NCBI GenBank assembly: GCA_964507645.1 | Contig: CAZDPU010000001.1 | Location: 61,313 to 125,312, forward strand | DNA: 64,000 bases | Direction: 5' to 3' | DNA from: an uncultured bacterium | GTDB lineage: Bacteria > UBP7 > UBA6624 | Shown: positions 29,363-38,429 of the stretch, in pieces | How positions within the stretch are numbered: position 1 is the stretch's first letter | Layout of the letters: every line of letters starts with the position of its first letter | Position numbers and translations under genes: made by a program | The notes under the pieces: model-generated | The model's input: the letters and a program-made list of their open reading frames with translations, nothing else | The model's database searches: none | What the model was told of the DNA's origin: nothing

Positions 29363-30677
29363 ATTCTTTAATTATCCCTAGAGCATCTTCCAAAGGTAGC
29401 CCGTTTAGGTTTATCATTTTTTTATTTTTCTCATCAAAGGAAATAGCAATTTCTTCTATTATCTTTTTGGCTTTTGCATAATCAGATTCTTTTATTGTTA
29501 AGCCAAAAGCTTGAGGATGTCCTCCAATATCAATTGCTATATTTTTTAAATTATTTATTACAAGATCTCTTATTTCACATCCGTCAGGACTTCGGGCAGA
29601 TCCTCTTAGACATTCGTTTTCCGATTTAGCAAAAACTATACATGGAACTTGCTCTTCTGCGGATAGCCTTCCTGCAATTTGACTAACATAAATTGGAGAG
29701 AATTTTTCTTCATAAAAAACATTTATTGAATTTTTTTTAATTTTTTTACCTTTTACATATCCAAACATTTTTTTTGATTCTGCAATTCTTTTCCTGTTGT
29801 AGGTTTTTATTTTTTTGACTATTTCTTTAGCTTCTTCTAGATCTTCGCAAAATAAAGAACTTACTGTTGAATGGGGGTCGTCATATCTCGGAGACGAATT
29901 CAAAGGCGTAACTGCTTTTTTCCTTATCATGAAAAGATTTTTTGAAATGTCTTTTTTATCTTCAAAACTTAATAGATTAAATACTGGAAGGGTGCTTTTG
30001 AACCATTGTTTTATTCCACAAATTACTATTGTTCGGTTGTCTTTTTTCAACTGCACAGAATCTGCTATCGTTGCAAGCATGCATGCAACAAGGTGATTTT
30101 CAATCTGCCTCTTGTTTTTTTTAATTTTTTGGAATTCTAAGGATATTCTGAAAGCCAATCCTGCAGCACAATAATATTTAAAATGATCTCCCTCCAGGGT
30201 TGAGTTGACACATTGATCCTTTTTTCCAAACTGGTAAGGATGATGGTCTATTGTCCAAAGGTCTATATTTAAATTATCTAATTCCTTGATTACATCTTCG
30301 TCTCTAACAGAACAATCAATTGTTATTACGATTTTTACATTTTCCAACTTTCCATCTATATGCTTCTTTCTAATGCCCGGACCATCATTATGGTGATGTT
30401 TTGCAAAGATTATTTTTGCGTTACAGCCAAAACTTTTCAAGCAATCCAAGAGTATGGCAGAACTCATACATCCATCAAGATCATTATCTCCAAAAATTAT
30501 TATTCCTTCTTTGTTTTTTGCCGCTTCGAGAATCCTGTCAATAAACTTTTTTGTGTTTGGTGGAGGGGTTCTAGTTAGGTTTTCTAAAGAAGGGTTTAAG
30601 GCATGCCTATTTTCTTTTTCACTGAATCCCCAATACTCAGTTATTTTTTTTCTAAATTCTTTTTTTTTGTTTAACAT
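29316..30677 (-). CDS. recJ: DHH-DHHA1 phosphoesterase, short RecJ-like single-strand DNA exonuclease
   Basis: DHH motifs (IIIFGDNDLDGCMSSAIL; IDHHP) and DHHA1 (IDIGGHPQAFG). 453 aa, shorter than canonical RecJ. Position between secDF and relA matches conserved secDF-recJ-relA-dtd synteny. Confidence 0.7.
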   Translation of the reverse strand: MLNKKKEFRKKITEYWGFSEKENRHALNPSLENLTRTPPPNTKKFIDRILEAAKNKEGIIIFGDNDLDGCMSSAILLDCLKSFGCNAKIIFAKHHHNDGPGIRKKHIDGKLENVKIVITIDCSVRDEDVIKELDNLNIDLWTIDHHPYQFGKKDQCVNSTLEGDHFKYYCAAGLAFRISLEFQKIKKNKRQIENHLVACMLATIADSVQLKKDNRTIVICGIKQWFKSTLPVFNLLSFEDKKDISKNLFMIRKKAVTPLNSSPRYDDPHSTVSSLFCEDLEEAKEIVKKIKTYNRKRIAESKKMFGYVKGKKIKKNSINVFYEEKFSPIYVSQIAGRLSAEEQVPCIVFAKSENECLRGSARSPDGCEIRDLVINNLKNIAIDIGGHPQAFGLTIKESDYAKAKKIIEEIAISFDEKNKKMINLNGLPLEDALGIIKEYEPFGSGFRKPKIYE

Positions 30678-31586
30678 TCATTTTTTTCGCCAGTTTATGA
30701 AGGGGGTTGCAATGAATATTGAAGAATAGGTTCCTGCAATGAAACCAACTATCAGTGCTGTTGTGAAAGGTCTTAACGTGGCTCCTCCAAAAATTTGGAT
30801 TGCCAATATGGCTAAAAGTGTAGTTGTTGTCGTGTTTATTGTTCTTGATAGTGTTTGCCAAAGGCTTGTTTCAGCAATTTTAGAGAACTTTTCATTTCTC
30901 ATTTTGTTCATATTCTCTCTTACCCTGTCAAAAACAACTATTGTGTCATTTATTGAGTATCCAAGTATTGTTAGGATGGCTGCTACGAAAGGAAGGCCTA
31001 TTTCCACTTTGAATATAGCAAAATAACTTAAAACAAAAAGAATATCGTGAATCAGTGCGACTAAAGCTCCTTGTGCGAAAATGAAACTAAATCTAATACT
31101 GATATAGAAAAGAATTACGAGCATACCTATAAATGTTGCCAAATATGCTCTTTTTGCTAGCTCTTCAGAAAACAAGGGTCCAATTCTTTCTGAAGAAACA
31201 TCCACATCTTTATCGAAGTTTTTGTATTTAGACTCCAGCAAAAGATAAATTTGATCTGGATTGGATATGAACTCTGTCCTAATTACGTAAAGATTATCAC
31301 TTTTTTGTATTTGAGGGGTCCTTGTAAGAGCCTCAGACAAAAGGTCTCTAAGCTCTGTTGTAGAGGTTTCCTCACCCAAGGAAACATGAAAAACGCTTCC
31401 TCCGGTAAATTCAATACCTAAGTTGAGTGGCAATGAGATTGTTTTTCCTTCAGTATTTTCCATTTTGAAATTTTGTGTATTTTTAAACATTGAAGAAATG
31501 CCGAAAATGAGAAGAATTGTGCTGAAACAAATTGCAACTTTGCTAAGTTTTAAAAATTCAAATTTTTTCATTATTTTCTTTCCCAT
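30678..31586 (-). CDS. secF: Protein translocase subunit SecF
   Basis: SecD/SecF family 6-TM C-terminal domain; overlaps secD by 16 nt. Confidence 0.9.
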   Translation of the reverse strand: MGKKIMKKFEFLKLSKVAICFSTILLIFGISSMFKNTQNFKMENTEGKTISLPLNLGIEFTGGSVFHVSLGEETSTTELRDLLSEALTRTPQIQKSDNLYVIRTEFISNPDQIYLLLESKYKNFDKDVDVSSERIGPLFSEELAKRAYLATFIGMLVILFYISIRFSFIFAQGALVALIHDILFVLSYFAIFKVEIGLPFVAAILTILGYSINDTIVVFDRVRENMNKMRNEKFSKIAETSLWQTLSRTINTTTTTLLAILAIQIFGGATLRPFTTALIVGFIAGTYSSIFIATPFINWRKK

Positions 31587-32830
31587 GTTTCTATAAAAGC
31601 TCTTGTGATAACAAGGGCAGTAAATACAGAAACAGCTATCCCTATAAGCAAAGTTACAGCAAATCCTCTAACAGGCCCTGTTGCTAAAGAATACAAAACA
31701 AGACCAATTAAAAATGTAGTTACATTTGCATCAGTTATTACTGACAGAGCATTTGAAAAACCTTCTTCTATTGCAAGTAGCCCAGTTCTGCCTGAGTTTT
31801 CTTCTTCTTTTATCCTTTCAAAAATAATTACATTTGCATCGACTGCCATCCCTATGGAAAGGATTAATCCTGCTATCCCTGGAAGAGTTAACGTTATGTT
31901 CAGATTGCTAAAGAGGCTAAAGATGATTATTGAAAAGAACCCTAAAGAAATAACAGCTGAAAATCCTCTTTTCTTATAGGAGAACAACATGTAAAATGCT
32001 ACGAGCATTAATCCTATCCACCCTGCCTTAATGCTCTTTTCCAGAGAGTCTTTTCCTAGCGCTGGCCCTACAGAAGAAAGTTTTAGTATTTCGACATCAG
32101 CATCTAGCCTTCCTGCATTTAGCAGAAGTGAAAGTTCATTCGCTTGTTCAATGCTGAAATTCCCACTTATGCTACCATTTCCAAAAATTGCGGAATTTAT
32201 TATTGGGCTTGAAACAACATTTTCATCAAGGACTATTGTTAGATATTGTGAAATGTGAGATGCAGTATGCCGTGCAAAAGCATCTGATCCAGAGGGGTTT
32301 AATTCAAAATCAACTTGCCATCCCCCATTTGGATTTGGAGAAACGGTTGCCCTTTTAAGGTCTCCACCTTCTATAACAACTTTATTTTCAGCGTATATCA
32401 GTTCGCAATTTTCAAGATTTTCACTATCCCTTCTACATGCTTTTGATCCAGCCAAATAAGAAACAAATCCAGTGTCAACTAGCTCTAAATGAGCAGATTG
32501 TTCAATAAGCCTCCTGACTCTTTCGGGACTTTCTCCTGTTGATGAAGGTACCTGAATGTTGATTCTGTCTTCAGAAACCTGCTGTACAGATATTGAAAGA
32601 GTTCCCTGTGGGTCAAGCCTTTTAGACATTACGTCTACAACTCCAGGCATAAGTTCTTCCAGGTTTTCTCCCGGAGGTGCAATTACTTTAATCAGTATAT
32701 CAACACCCCCTGAAAGATCTAAGCCTAAATTCAAAGCAGGGGTATTATTTGAGATCTTTGTAATTGGAGCAATTCCCAAGACAAAAATAGTCCCTAATAT
32801 CCATATCCATCTTTTAATTACTTTAGACAT
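31571..32830 (-). CDS. secD: Protein translocase subunit SecD
   Basis: Periplasmic P1 domain then RND-like 6-TM domain (GIAGLILSIGMAVDANVIIFERIKEE). Confidence 0.9.
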   Translation of the reverse strand: MSKVIKRWIWILGTIFVLGIAPITKISNNTPALNLGLDLSGGVDILIKVIAPPGENLEELMPGVVDVMSKRLDPQGTLSISVQQVSEDRINIQVPSSTGESPERVRRLIEQSAHLELVDTGFVSYLAGSKACRRDSENLENCELIYAENKVVIEGGDLKRATVSPNPNGGWQVDFELNPSGSDAFARHTASHISQYLTIVLDENVVSSPIINSAIFGNGSISGNFSIEQANELSLLLNAGRLDADVEILKLSSVGPALGKDSLEKSIKAGWIGLMLVAFYMLFSYKKRGFSAVISLGFFSIIIFSLFSNLNITLTLPGIAGLILSIGMAVDANVIIFERIKEEENSGRTGLLAIEEGFSNALSVITDANVTTFLIGLVLYSLATGPVRGFAVTLLIGIAVSVFTALVITRAFIETWERK

Positions 32831-32891
32831 AAGATAGAAATTCTAAAATAAAAATCGTATTAATGGAAAAAAGGGTTTTATTTTAGTTTTT

Positions 32892-34610
32892 TTAAACTTT
32901 AATTGACTTTATGATATCTTCAGTTTTCAGGATTCCAACAACTTTCATTTCTTCCAAATTATTTACAACTGGCAGGTTGTTTGTCGAGATTCCAGATATT
33001 CTCATCTTATGGGCTATTTCGGCCAACGAATCATCTGATTTTACTACTAGTATTTCTTCAATCCCAGAAACCCATTTTTTTACTGATTCGTCCATTCGTT
33101 CTTTATTGAGTTCCCCATTTATATCTGCCTCTAAAGCATGCAAGATATTTTTTCTCGTTATTGCTCCAATCAGTTTTCCGTCTCTCAAAACAGGAAAGTA
33201 TGTTTGATCTTTTGCTCTTACTAAGGTGGGATTTTTAATCAAGAAGTAAACTTTCTTTATTTTTTCATCTTCGGTAACTGTAATTGGTTTTTTTTGCATT
33301 ATGTTTTTTGCAATTTTCCCTTTCCCTCTCTTTTGTTCTTTTGAAATTTGATCAATTAATGGAGATTCATATAAATTTGGAACATTAAAGAAATCCCTAG
33401 TGATAACTGCTATTAAAACTGCTATTGTTACTGGTATAAATACCTGGCTTGTATTTGTCATTTCCCAAATTAGTATTATCAAAGCAAGAGGTGCATGTGT
33501 TACTGATGCACATAAAGCTGCTGCTCCCGCTATAGCAAGGGAGGAGCTTATGTTCATAAATTGAGTTCCAAAAATTAAACCCAATGCAATACCGATTGAG
33601 AAAATTGGGCCAAAATGACCTCCAGCCCATCCTGAATTTATACAAATAACAGTTATTAAAGCTTTACCAAACACATAGAAAAGAGCTTCTTTTAAAAGCG
33701 GTTGTGTTTCAAGCATCAATCCAATCTCCTCGTATCCTCCTCCAGTTAAGTTTGGAGCATACATGAGAAAGAGAAAAATTATGATACCTCCGAATGCTGG
33801 AGAAAACCTTTTTCCATAAAGTTTTTTTGAAGCTATATTTGATGAATATGAATAAAGGGCACCAATCAAGCCACTGCAGATTCCCAAGATTACAAAAACA
33901 TACAGTTGTTCAGCTGGAACATCATCCCAAAATTGAATGTTTATAACGGGATCAAGGCCATAACTCCTAACAACCAAACTTGCACTTAATGAAGCTATTA
34001 TCATTGGAGCTAATGCAACATGCACTTCTTCAACAAGAAGCTCAATTGCAAAAAGTATCCCTGCTATAGGGGCTCCATATGTTGCTGCTATCGCTGCAGC
34101 TGCAGAGGAGACAATCAATCTAACTGTTTTTTTTGAACTGAGATGAAACAGTCTTCCAAGCCAGGATCCAAATCCTCCAGAACATTGGGCAATCATAGAT
34201 TCCCTTCCAATAGATCCTTTTCCCAGGATGGAAAGTAGAGAAAGTCCTAGTTTTTTAAGTGAATTATTTAAACTTAGATGTCCATGGTTTTTGAAAACAG
34301 CTTTGAGTATGCTTGAAAAACCTCTTGCCCCCCAGAATGATGCGTTTGAATAAAGGATTATTAAAATAATTGCAATAAATATTGGTACGTAGTTAGATAA
34401 GAGATTTAAAAGGGATTCTCCTTGTGGGTTTTTTTCTATAAAAATTGCATTTTTTGCAAAATCGGCAACTTTTCTAAAGACAATTGAGAGATGTCCTGCA
34501 AAAATTCCCAATATTGCTGATAAAAGCATTACGAACAGTTTGGATTCCTTAAAAGGCCTTAACCTATTGATTAAAACATTCTCTCTTAAGCTTTTTTTTA
34601 CGGTTTTCAA
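32892..34610 (-). CDS. CLC-family anion channel/H+ antiporter with C-terminal CBS pair
   Basis: GKGSIGRES (gating-Glu GREG-like), GGHFGPIF (GxFxP), multiple TM helices, two CBS domains at C-terminus. No clear GSGIP motif. Confidence 0.8.
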   Translation of the reverse strand: MKTVKKSLRENVLINRLRPFKESKLFVMLLSAILGIFAGHLSIVFRKVADFAKNAIFIEKNPQGESLLNLLSNYVPIFIAIILIILYSNASFWGARGFSSILKAVFKNHGHLSLNNSLKKLGLSLLSILGKGSIGRESMIAQCSGGFGSWLGRLFHLSSKKTVRLIVSSAAAAIAATYGAPIAGILFAIELLVEEVHVALAPMIIASLSASLVVRSYGLDPVINIQFWDDVPAEQLYVFVILGICSGLIGALYSYSSNIASKKLYGKRFSPAFGGIIIFLFLMYAPNLTGGGYEEIGLMLETQPLLKEALFYVFGKALITVICINSGWAGGHFGPIFSIGIALGLIFGTQFMNISSSLAIAGAAALCASVTHAPLALIILIWEMTNTSQVFIPVTIAVLIAVITRDFFNVPNLYESPLIDQISKEQKRGKGKIAKNIMQKKPITVTEDEKIKKVYFLIKNPTLVRAKDQTYFPVLRDGKLIGAITRKNILHALEADINGELNKERMDESVKKWVSGIEEILVVKSDDSLAEIAHKMRISGISTNNLPVVNNLEEMKVVGILKTEDIIKSIKV

Positions 34611-34640
34611 GTAATAAATGTTAGCATTAAGAGTTCTAAT

Positions 34641-37391
34641 ATGAGTTCTAAAAGTAGCTTAAACCGTTCTTTTGTTGATTTTGAAAATAAAAATCATTTT
34701 TTAGAAAAAGATAAAAAAGGTTGGTACAGTAGTTTTCAGGATTTTAGATTAAGTATTTTTTCAAAGATCTTATTCAGAAGATTTAATAAAAAGATACTTA
34801 TTTCTCCTTTGGTAAGTAGAACTTCTGCTTTTCCTCATCAGATTTCCACATGTGACACCGTTGTTAACAGCATGAATGGTAGGGCAATACTTGCAGACGA
34901 GGTTGGCCTAGGGAAAACAATTGAGGCTGGCATGATATTAACTGAATATCTAGTAAGGAAGGAGGTTGAAAATGTTTTGATCATTGTCCCTTCTGGAATT
35001 ACTGAGCAATGGAGAGAAGAACTTTTGGAAAAATTTAATATTTTTCTTCCAGTAGTCGACGGCAGGGTAGGCTATTCTTTAAATGAAGTTTTAAATAAAA
35101 ACCCAATGGTAATAACTTCGTTAGCTTATGCAAAAAGAGATGGTTATAAGGATTCTTTTATTGAAAAAGATTGGGATATGGTCATTGTTGACGAAGCGCA
35201 CCATTTGAAAAATGTAAATACTATGAACTACAAGTTCGTAAGTTCTTTAAAAGCAAAAAAAATGCTTTTGTTAACAGCGACACCATTGCAAAATTCTTTA
35301 ACAGAGCTGTTTAATTTGGTGAACCTTGTTTCTCCTCATGCAATCAATATTGCAGAAATGAGCAGGAGGTTTTCGAAGAACTTCAATCAAAAAACTGTTG
35401 ATTCTTTGAAATCAGTCTTGAAAAGTTTGATGGTTAGGTGCAGAAGGTCTGATGTTAGAGGTGTTGACAGGTTGCCTCCTAGGAATGCAAGAACTTTGGG
35501 GGTAAAACTTAATGAAAAGTACCTTAATCTTTATCAGGATGTAAGCAAATATGCAATTGAGGGTTATAAGAAAAGTGTTACAAACAACAATTCCTCATAT
35601 ATCTTTTACCTTATGGCACTTCAGAGGATGCTTACAAGCAGTAAAGATTCATTTGTCTCAAGCTTGAGGAAAAGAAGAAATAAATTACTTACCCTTAACA
35701 AAAACCTTGACAAGATTGATTCAAAGGAAGTTTTGGATCTTTTACCAGTTTCAAAAAAGAAAATTAATAAAAAAAACACAGGAAAGCAGCTGGAGAAAGA
35801 ATTGAATTCAATACAAAAGTTATTGGATGCTTCTAAAAATGTTCCTGATGTTAAGAAGATGGATGTTTTGTTGAAATTCCTGAAAGAGATATACAAGAAA
35901 GACCCAGATACAAAAGTTTTGATTTTTACAGAATTCTTAAAAACTCAAGATGCTATTGAATCAAATTTAAGGAAATCTGGTTTTGAAATTGAAACTTACA
36001 GAGGGGGAATGTCGACAAAGGAAAAAAATGAAATAGTGGAAAAATTCCAAAAAGGACAAATTTTAGTAAGCACTGAAGCCGGTAGCGAAGGAAGAAATCT
36101 CCAGTTTGCAAATGTTGTTGTAAATTACGATCTCCCCTGGAATCCAATGAAGATTGAACAAAGAATAGGCAGGGTTCATAGGCTAGGGCAAAAGAAAGAT
36201 GTTTTGGTAATAAATCTCATTGCACGCGGAACTATTGAGGATCATCTAATAAAAATATTAGACAAAAAGTTGGATTTGTTTAAAAATACAGTTGGTGAAC
36301 TTGAAACTATTTTAGGGTACATGTCTCCAGAGGGAAGTCCTGAATCTGTTGTTATGGATGCTTTTGTTGATTCTTTTGGAAAAAGTAAAAAATTAAAAAA
36401 ATTAAATTTTTCCTTGGAAAGCTCTATAGACAAGGTAAAAAATTCTCTTGAGGAATCTTTTGCTAAAAGTGGAATTAATTTAAGGCCTGAGAATTTAAAT
36501 AACTTATCAAAAATAAGATTTTTTGAAGAAGGGGATGTTGTCGAGACAGCATTTATTGAATTTTTGGATAAATACAATTGCTTAAAAGATGATTATGACA
36601 AAGAGATAAAATTCAAAGCACCTCATTTCCTAACTCAAGATAGGTCAGATTTATTTGACTTAGATGTAAGGGGTACTTTTTCAAAAGAGATTGCTATATC
36701 AAGACCTTGGTTGGATTATCTAACAATCAATCACCCATTTCTAGAAGCATCAATAAGTGATGTTGTAGATTCTCCAATAGGTTTTTCTGTTTTTAAAAAA
36801 AGTTTTTTGCAGGAGCTTGGGTTCGAAACATGCCTTGATAAATGTGTTGCTTTTTTTTCAAAAGTGACATGGTCCTATAAAGACGAGTTTTATGATGATG
36901 TTTTTTTAACACTGACTGATGGAGAAAATTTTTCTATCCTGGATGAAATTCCTGATGGTCTTTTGTGGCCAGATGAGATACCTTGCAAAATTTCCGATGA
37001 TTTTTCTTTGGAAAGGTTTTTTGAAGGTTTGAGTTCTGTATCTAAGGATATTGAAGAAAAAAAAGAAGATGTTTTTTCTGAGATAATTCAGTTAGAAGAT
37101 TTTAGATTTGACAGTCTTAAAAATAGAATTTCTGATGCCATGAAAGATTACAAAGATGAATTTAATAAAATCCATCTCAAGGTTATGAATTTAACCAAAA
37201 TAAATAATCCAAGTACTGAACAAAAAAAAGAAATTACAAATCTTAAAAAAAATAGAACAAGCATATTGACAAAAAGTTCAAAATTAAAACAGGATCTAAA
37301 AAAATTAAAAAGAATAAGAGAGACAAGAGACCATAAGTCCGTTTCTTCAAAAGTTCAAGTCTTCGGAATTTTGAAAATGCATATTATTTAA
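34641..37391 (+). CDS. SNF2/Rad54-family DEAH ATPase with ~370-aa uncharacterised C-terminal extension
   Basis: Walker A DEVGLGKT, DEAH box DEAHHLKN, helicase-C motifs (STEAGSEGRNLQFANVVVNYDLPWNP, QRIGRVHRLGQ). C-terminal third has no recognisable motifs and a K-rich coiled-coil tail. Confidence 0.85.
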   Translation: MSSKSSLNRSFVDFENKNHFLEKDKKGWYSSFQDFRLSIFSKILFRRFNKKILISPLVSRTSAFPHQISTCDTVVNSMNGRAILADEVGLGKTIEAGMILTEYLVRKEVENVLIIVPSGITEQWREELLEKFNIFLPVVDGRVGYSLNEVLNKNPMVITSLAYAKRDGYKDSFIEKDWDMVIVDEAHHLKNVNTMNYKFVSSLKAKKMLLLTATPLQNSLTELFNLVNLVSPHAINIAEMSRRFSKNFNQKTVDSLKSVLKSLMVRCRRSDVRGVDRLPPRNARTLGVKLNEKYLNLYQDVSKYAIEGYKKSVTNNNSSYIFYLMALQRMLTSSKDSFVSSLRKRRNKLLTLNKNLDKIDSKEVLDLLPVSKKKINKKNTGKQLEKELNSIQKLLDASKNVPDVKKMDVLLKFLKEIYKKDPDTKVLIFTEFLKTQDAIESNLRKSGFEIETYRGGMSTKEKNEIVEKFQKGQILVSTEAGSEGRNLQFANVVVNYDLPWNPMKIEQRIGRVHRLGQKKDVLVINLIARGTIEDHLIKILDKKLDLFKNTVGELETILGYMSPEGSPESVVMDAFVDSFGKSKKLKKLNFSLESSIDKVKNSLEESFAKSGINLRPENLNNLSKIRFFEEGDVVETAFIEFLDKYNCLKDDYDKEIKFKAPHFLTQDRSDLFDLDVRGTFSKEIAISRPWLDYLTINHPFLEASISDVVDSPIGFSVFKKSFLQELGFETCLDKCVAFFSKVTWSYKDEFYDDVFLTLTDGENFSILDEIPDGLLWPDEIPCKISDDFSLERFFEGLSSVSKDIEEKKEDVFSEIIQLEDFRFDSLKNRISDAMKDYKDEFNKIHLKVMNLTKINNPSTEQKKEITNLKKNRTSILTKSSKLKQDLKKLKRIRETRDHKSVSSKVQVFGILKMHII

Positions 37392-38429
37392 ATGTTTGAT
37401 GTTGTTGTTGTTGGCCTAGGCCCAAATGGGTTATCTGTTTTAAGTGAACTCAAAAAGCATTCTTTGAATGTCATTGGATTAGACAAAGGGGAAATTTGCA
37501 ATCATATAAAAAAATACCCAAAAGAAATGGTTTTTTTTTCGACTGCTGAAAAACTTACACTAGATGAGTTCCCAATGGGTTCAGGACATGGGTCAAATCC
37601 AACCTTAAAGGATGCATGTGATTATTACGAGTCTTTTGCAAATAGGAATAATTTTGAAATTTTAACTTCCTCAAAAGTTGAAAAAATTTCAGGAAATGAT
37701 AATGATTTTGTTTTACATCTAAATGAAGGCAGAAGCATTCGTTCAAAAAAAATTGTTTTGACAACAGGAATATATTCAAATCCAAATTACATCGACATTC
37801 CAGGAGAAAAGGAGCTTAATGTTAGCCATTATTATTCCGGATCTGAAAAATTGAACAAAAAAGAAATTTTAGTCGTTGGTGCTGGAAATTCTGCAGTTGA
37901 AGCGGCTATAGACCTTAGTGAAAACAATAAAGTTGTTTTGATTTTCAGAAAGAAAAGTTTAGACACAAAGAAGATAAAAAGTTGGATTTACCCAAAATTT
38001 ATGGATTTTGTAAATTCTGGAAAAATAGAGATTATCAATAATGCCTCTTTAATTTCTTTGGAAGATTCTGAAGCTATTATCGAGACGAAGTTTATTACTG
38101 GGGTTGTTTTTGATCCGCCCAAAGGCAAACCCGCGAGGCTATTTGAAAAAGAAAATATGTCGAAGATGAAGATGAAATTCGATTATTGTTTTCTGTTAAC
38201 CGGATATAAGCCCGATAAAAGATTCCTAGTTGAGGGATGTGGTTTAAATCTCGAAGGAGAGCTTGAAATCCCAAAACATAATTCACAAAATTATGAAACT
38301 ACTGTAAAAGGTGTTTATGTTGCAGGTGCATTGGTTGAAGGAATGAACAGTCATCGTGTTTTTATAGAAAATGGCAGGCTGCATGGAAGCCCAATAGCAA
38401 AAGATATTTATGAAAAACTCAAAAATTAG
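37392..38429 (+). CDS. YpdA-like FAD/NAD(P)-binding flavoprotein (thioredoxin-reductase-like, no CxxC)
   Basis: Two dinucleotide-binding motifs (VVVVGLGPNGLS; ILVVGAGNSAVEAA) and C-terminal GVYVAGAL. No redox-active CxxC. Starts 1 nt after SNF2 stop. Confidence 0.7.
   Translation: MFDVVVVGLGPNGLSVLSELKKHSLNVIGLDKGEICNHIKKYPKEMVFFSTAEKLTLDEFPMGSGHGSNPTLKDACDYYESFANRNNFEILTSSKVEKISGNDNDFVLHLNEGRSIRSKKIVLTTGIYSNPNYIDIPGEKELNVSHYYSGSEKLNKKEILVVGAGNSAVEAAIDLSENNKVVLIFRKKSLDTKKIKSWIYPKFMDFVNSGKIEIINNASLISLEDSEAIIETKFITGVVFDPPKGKPARLFEKENMSKMKMKFDYCFLLTGYKPDKRFLVEGCGLNLEGELEIPKHNSQNYETTVKGVYVAGALVEGMNSHRVFIENGRLHGSPIAKDIYEKLKN

Noticed and set aside
34641-37391. SNF2 helicase as part of a DISARM/Zorya/BREX-type defence island
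   Set aside because: No PLD nuclease, DUF1998, methyltransferase, ZorAB or BrxC-like partners in +/-15 kb. Neighbours are housekeeping genes. Left as an open question rather than a defence call.
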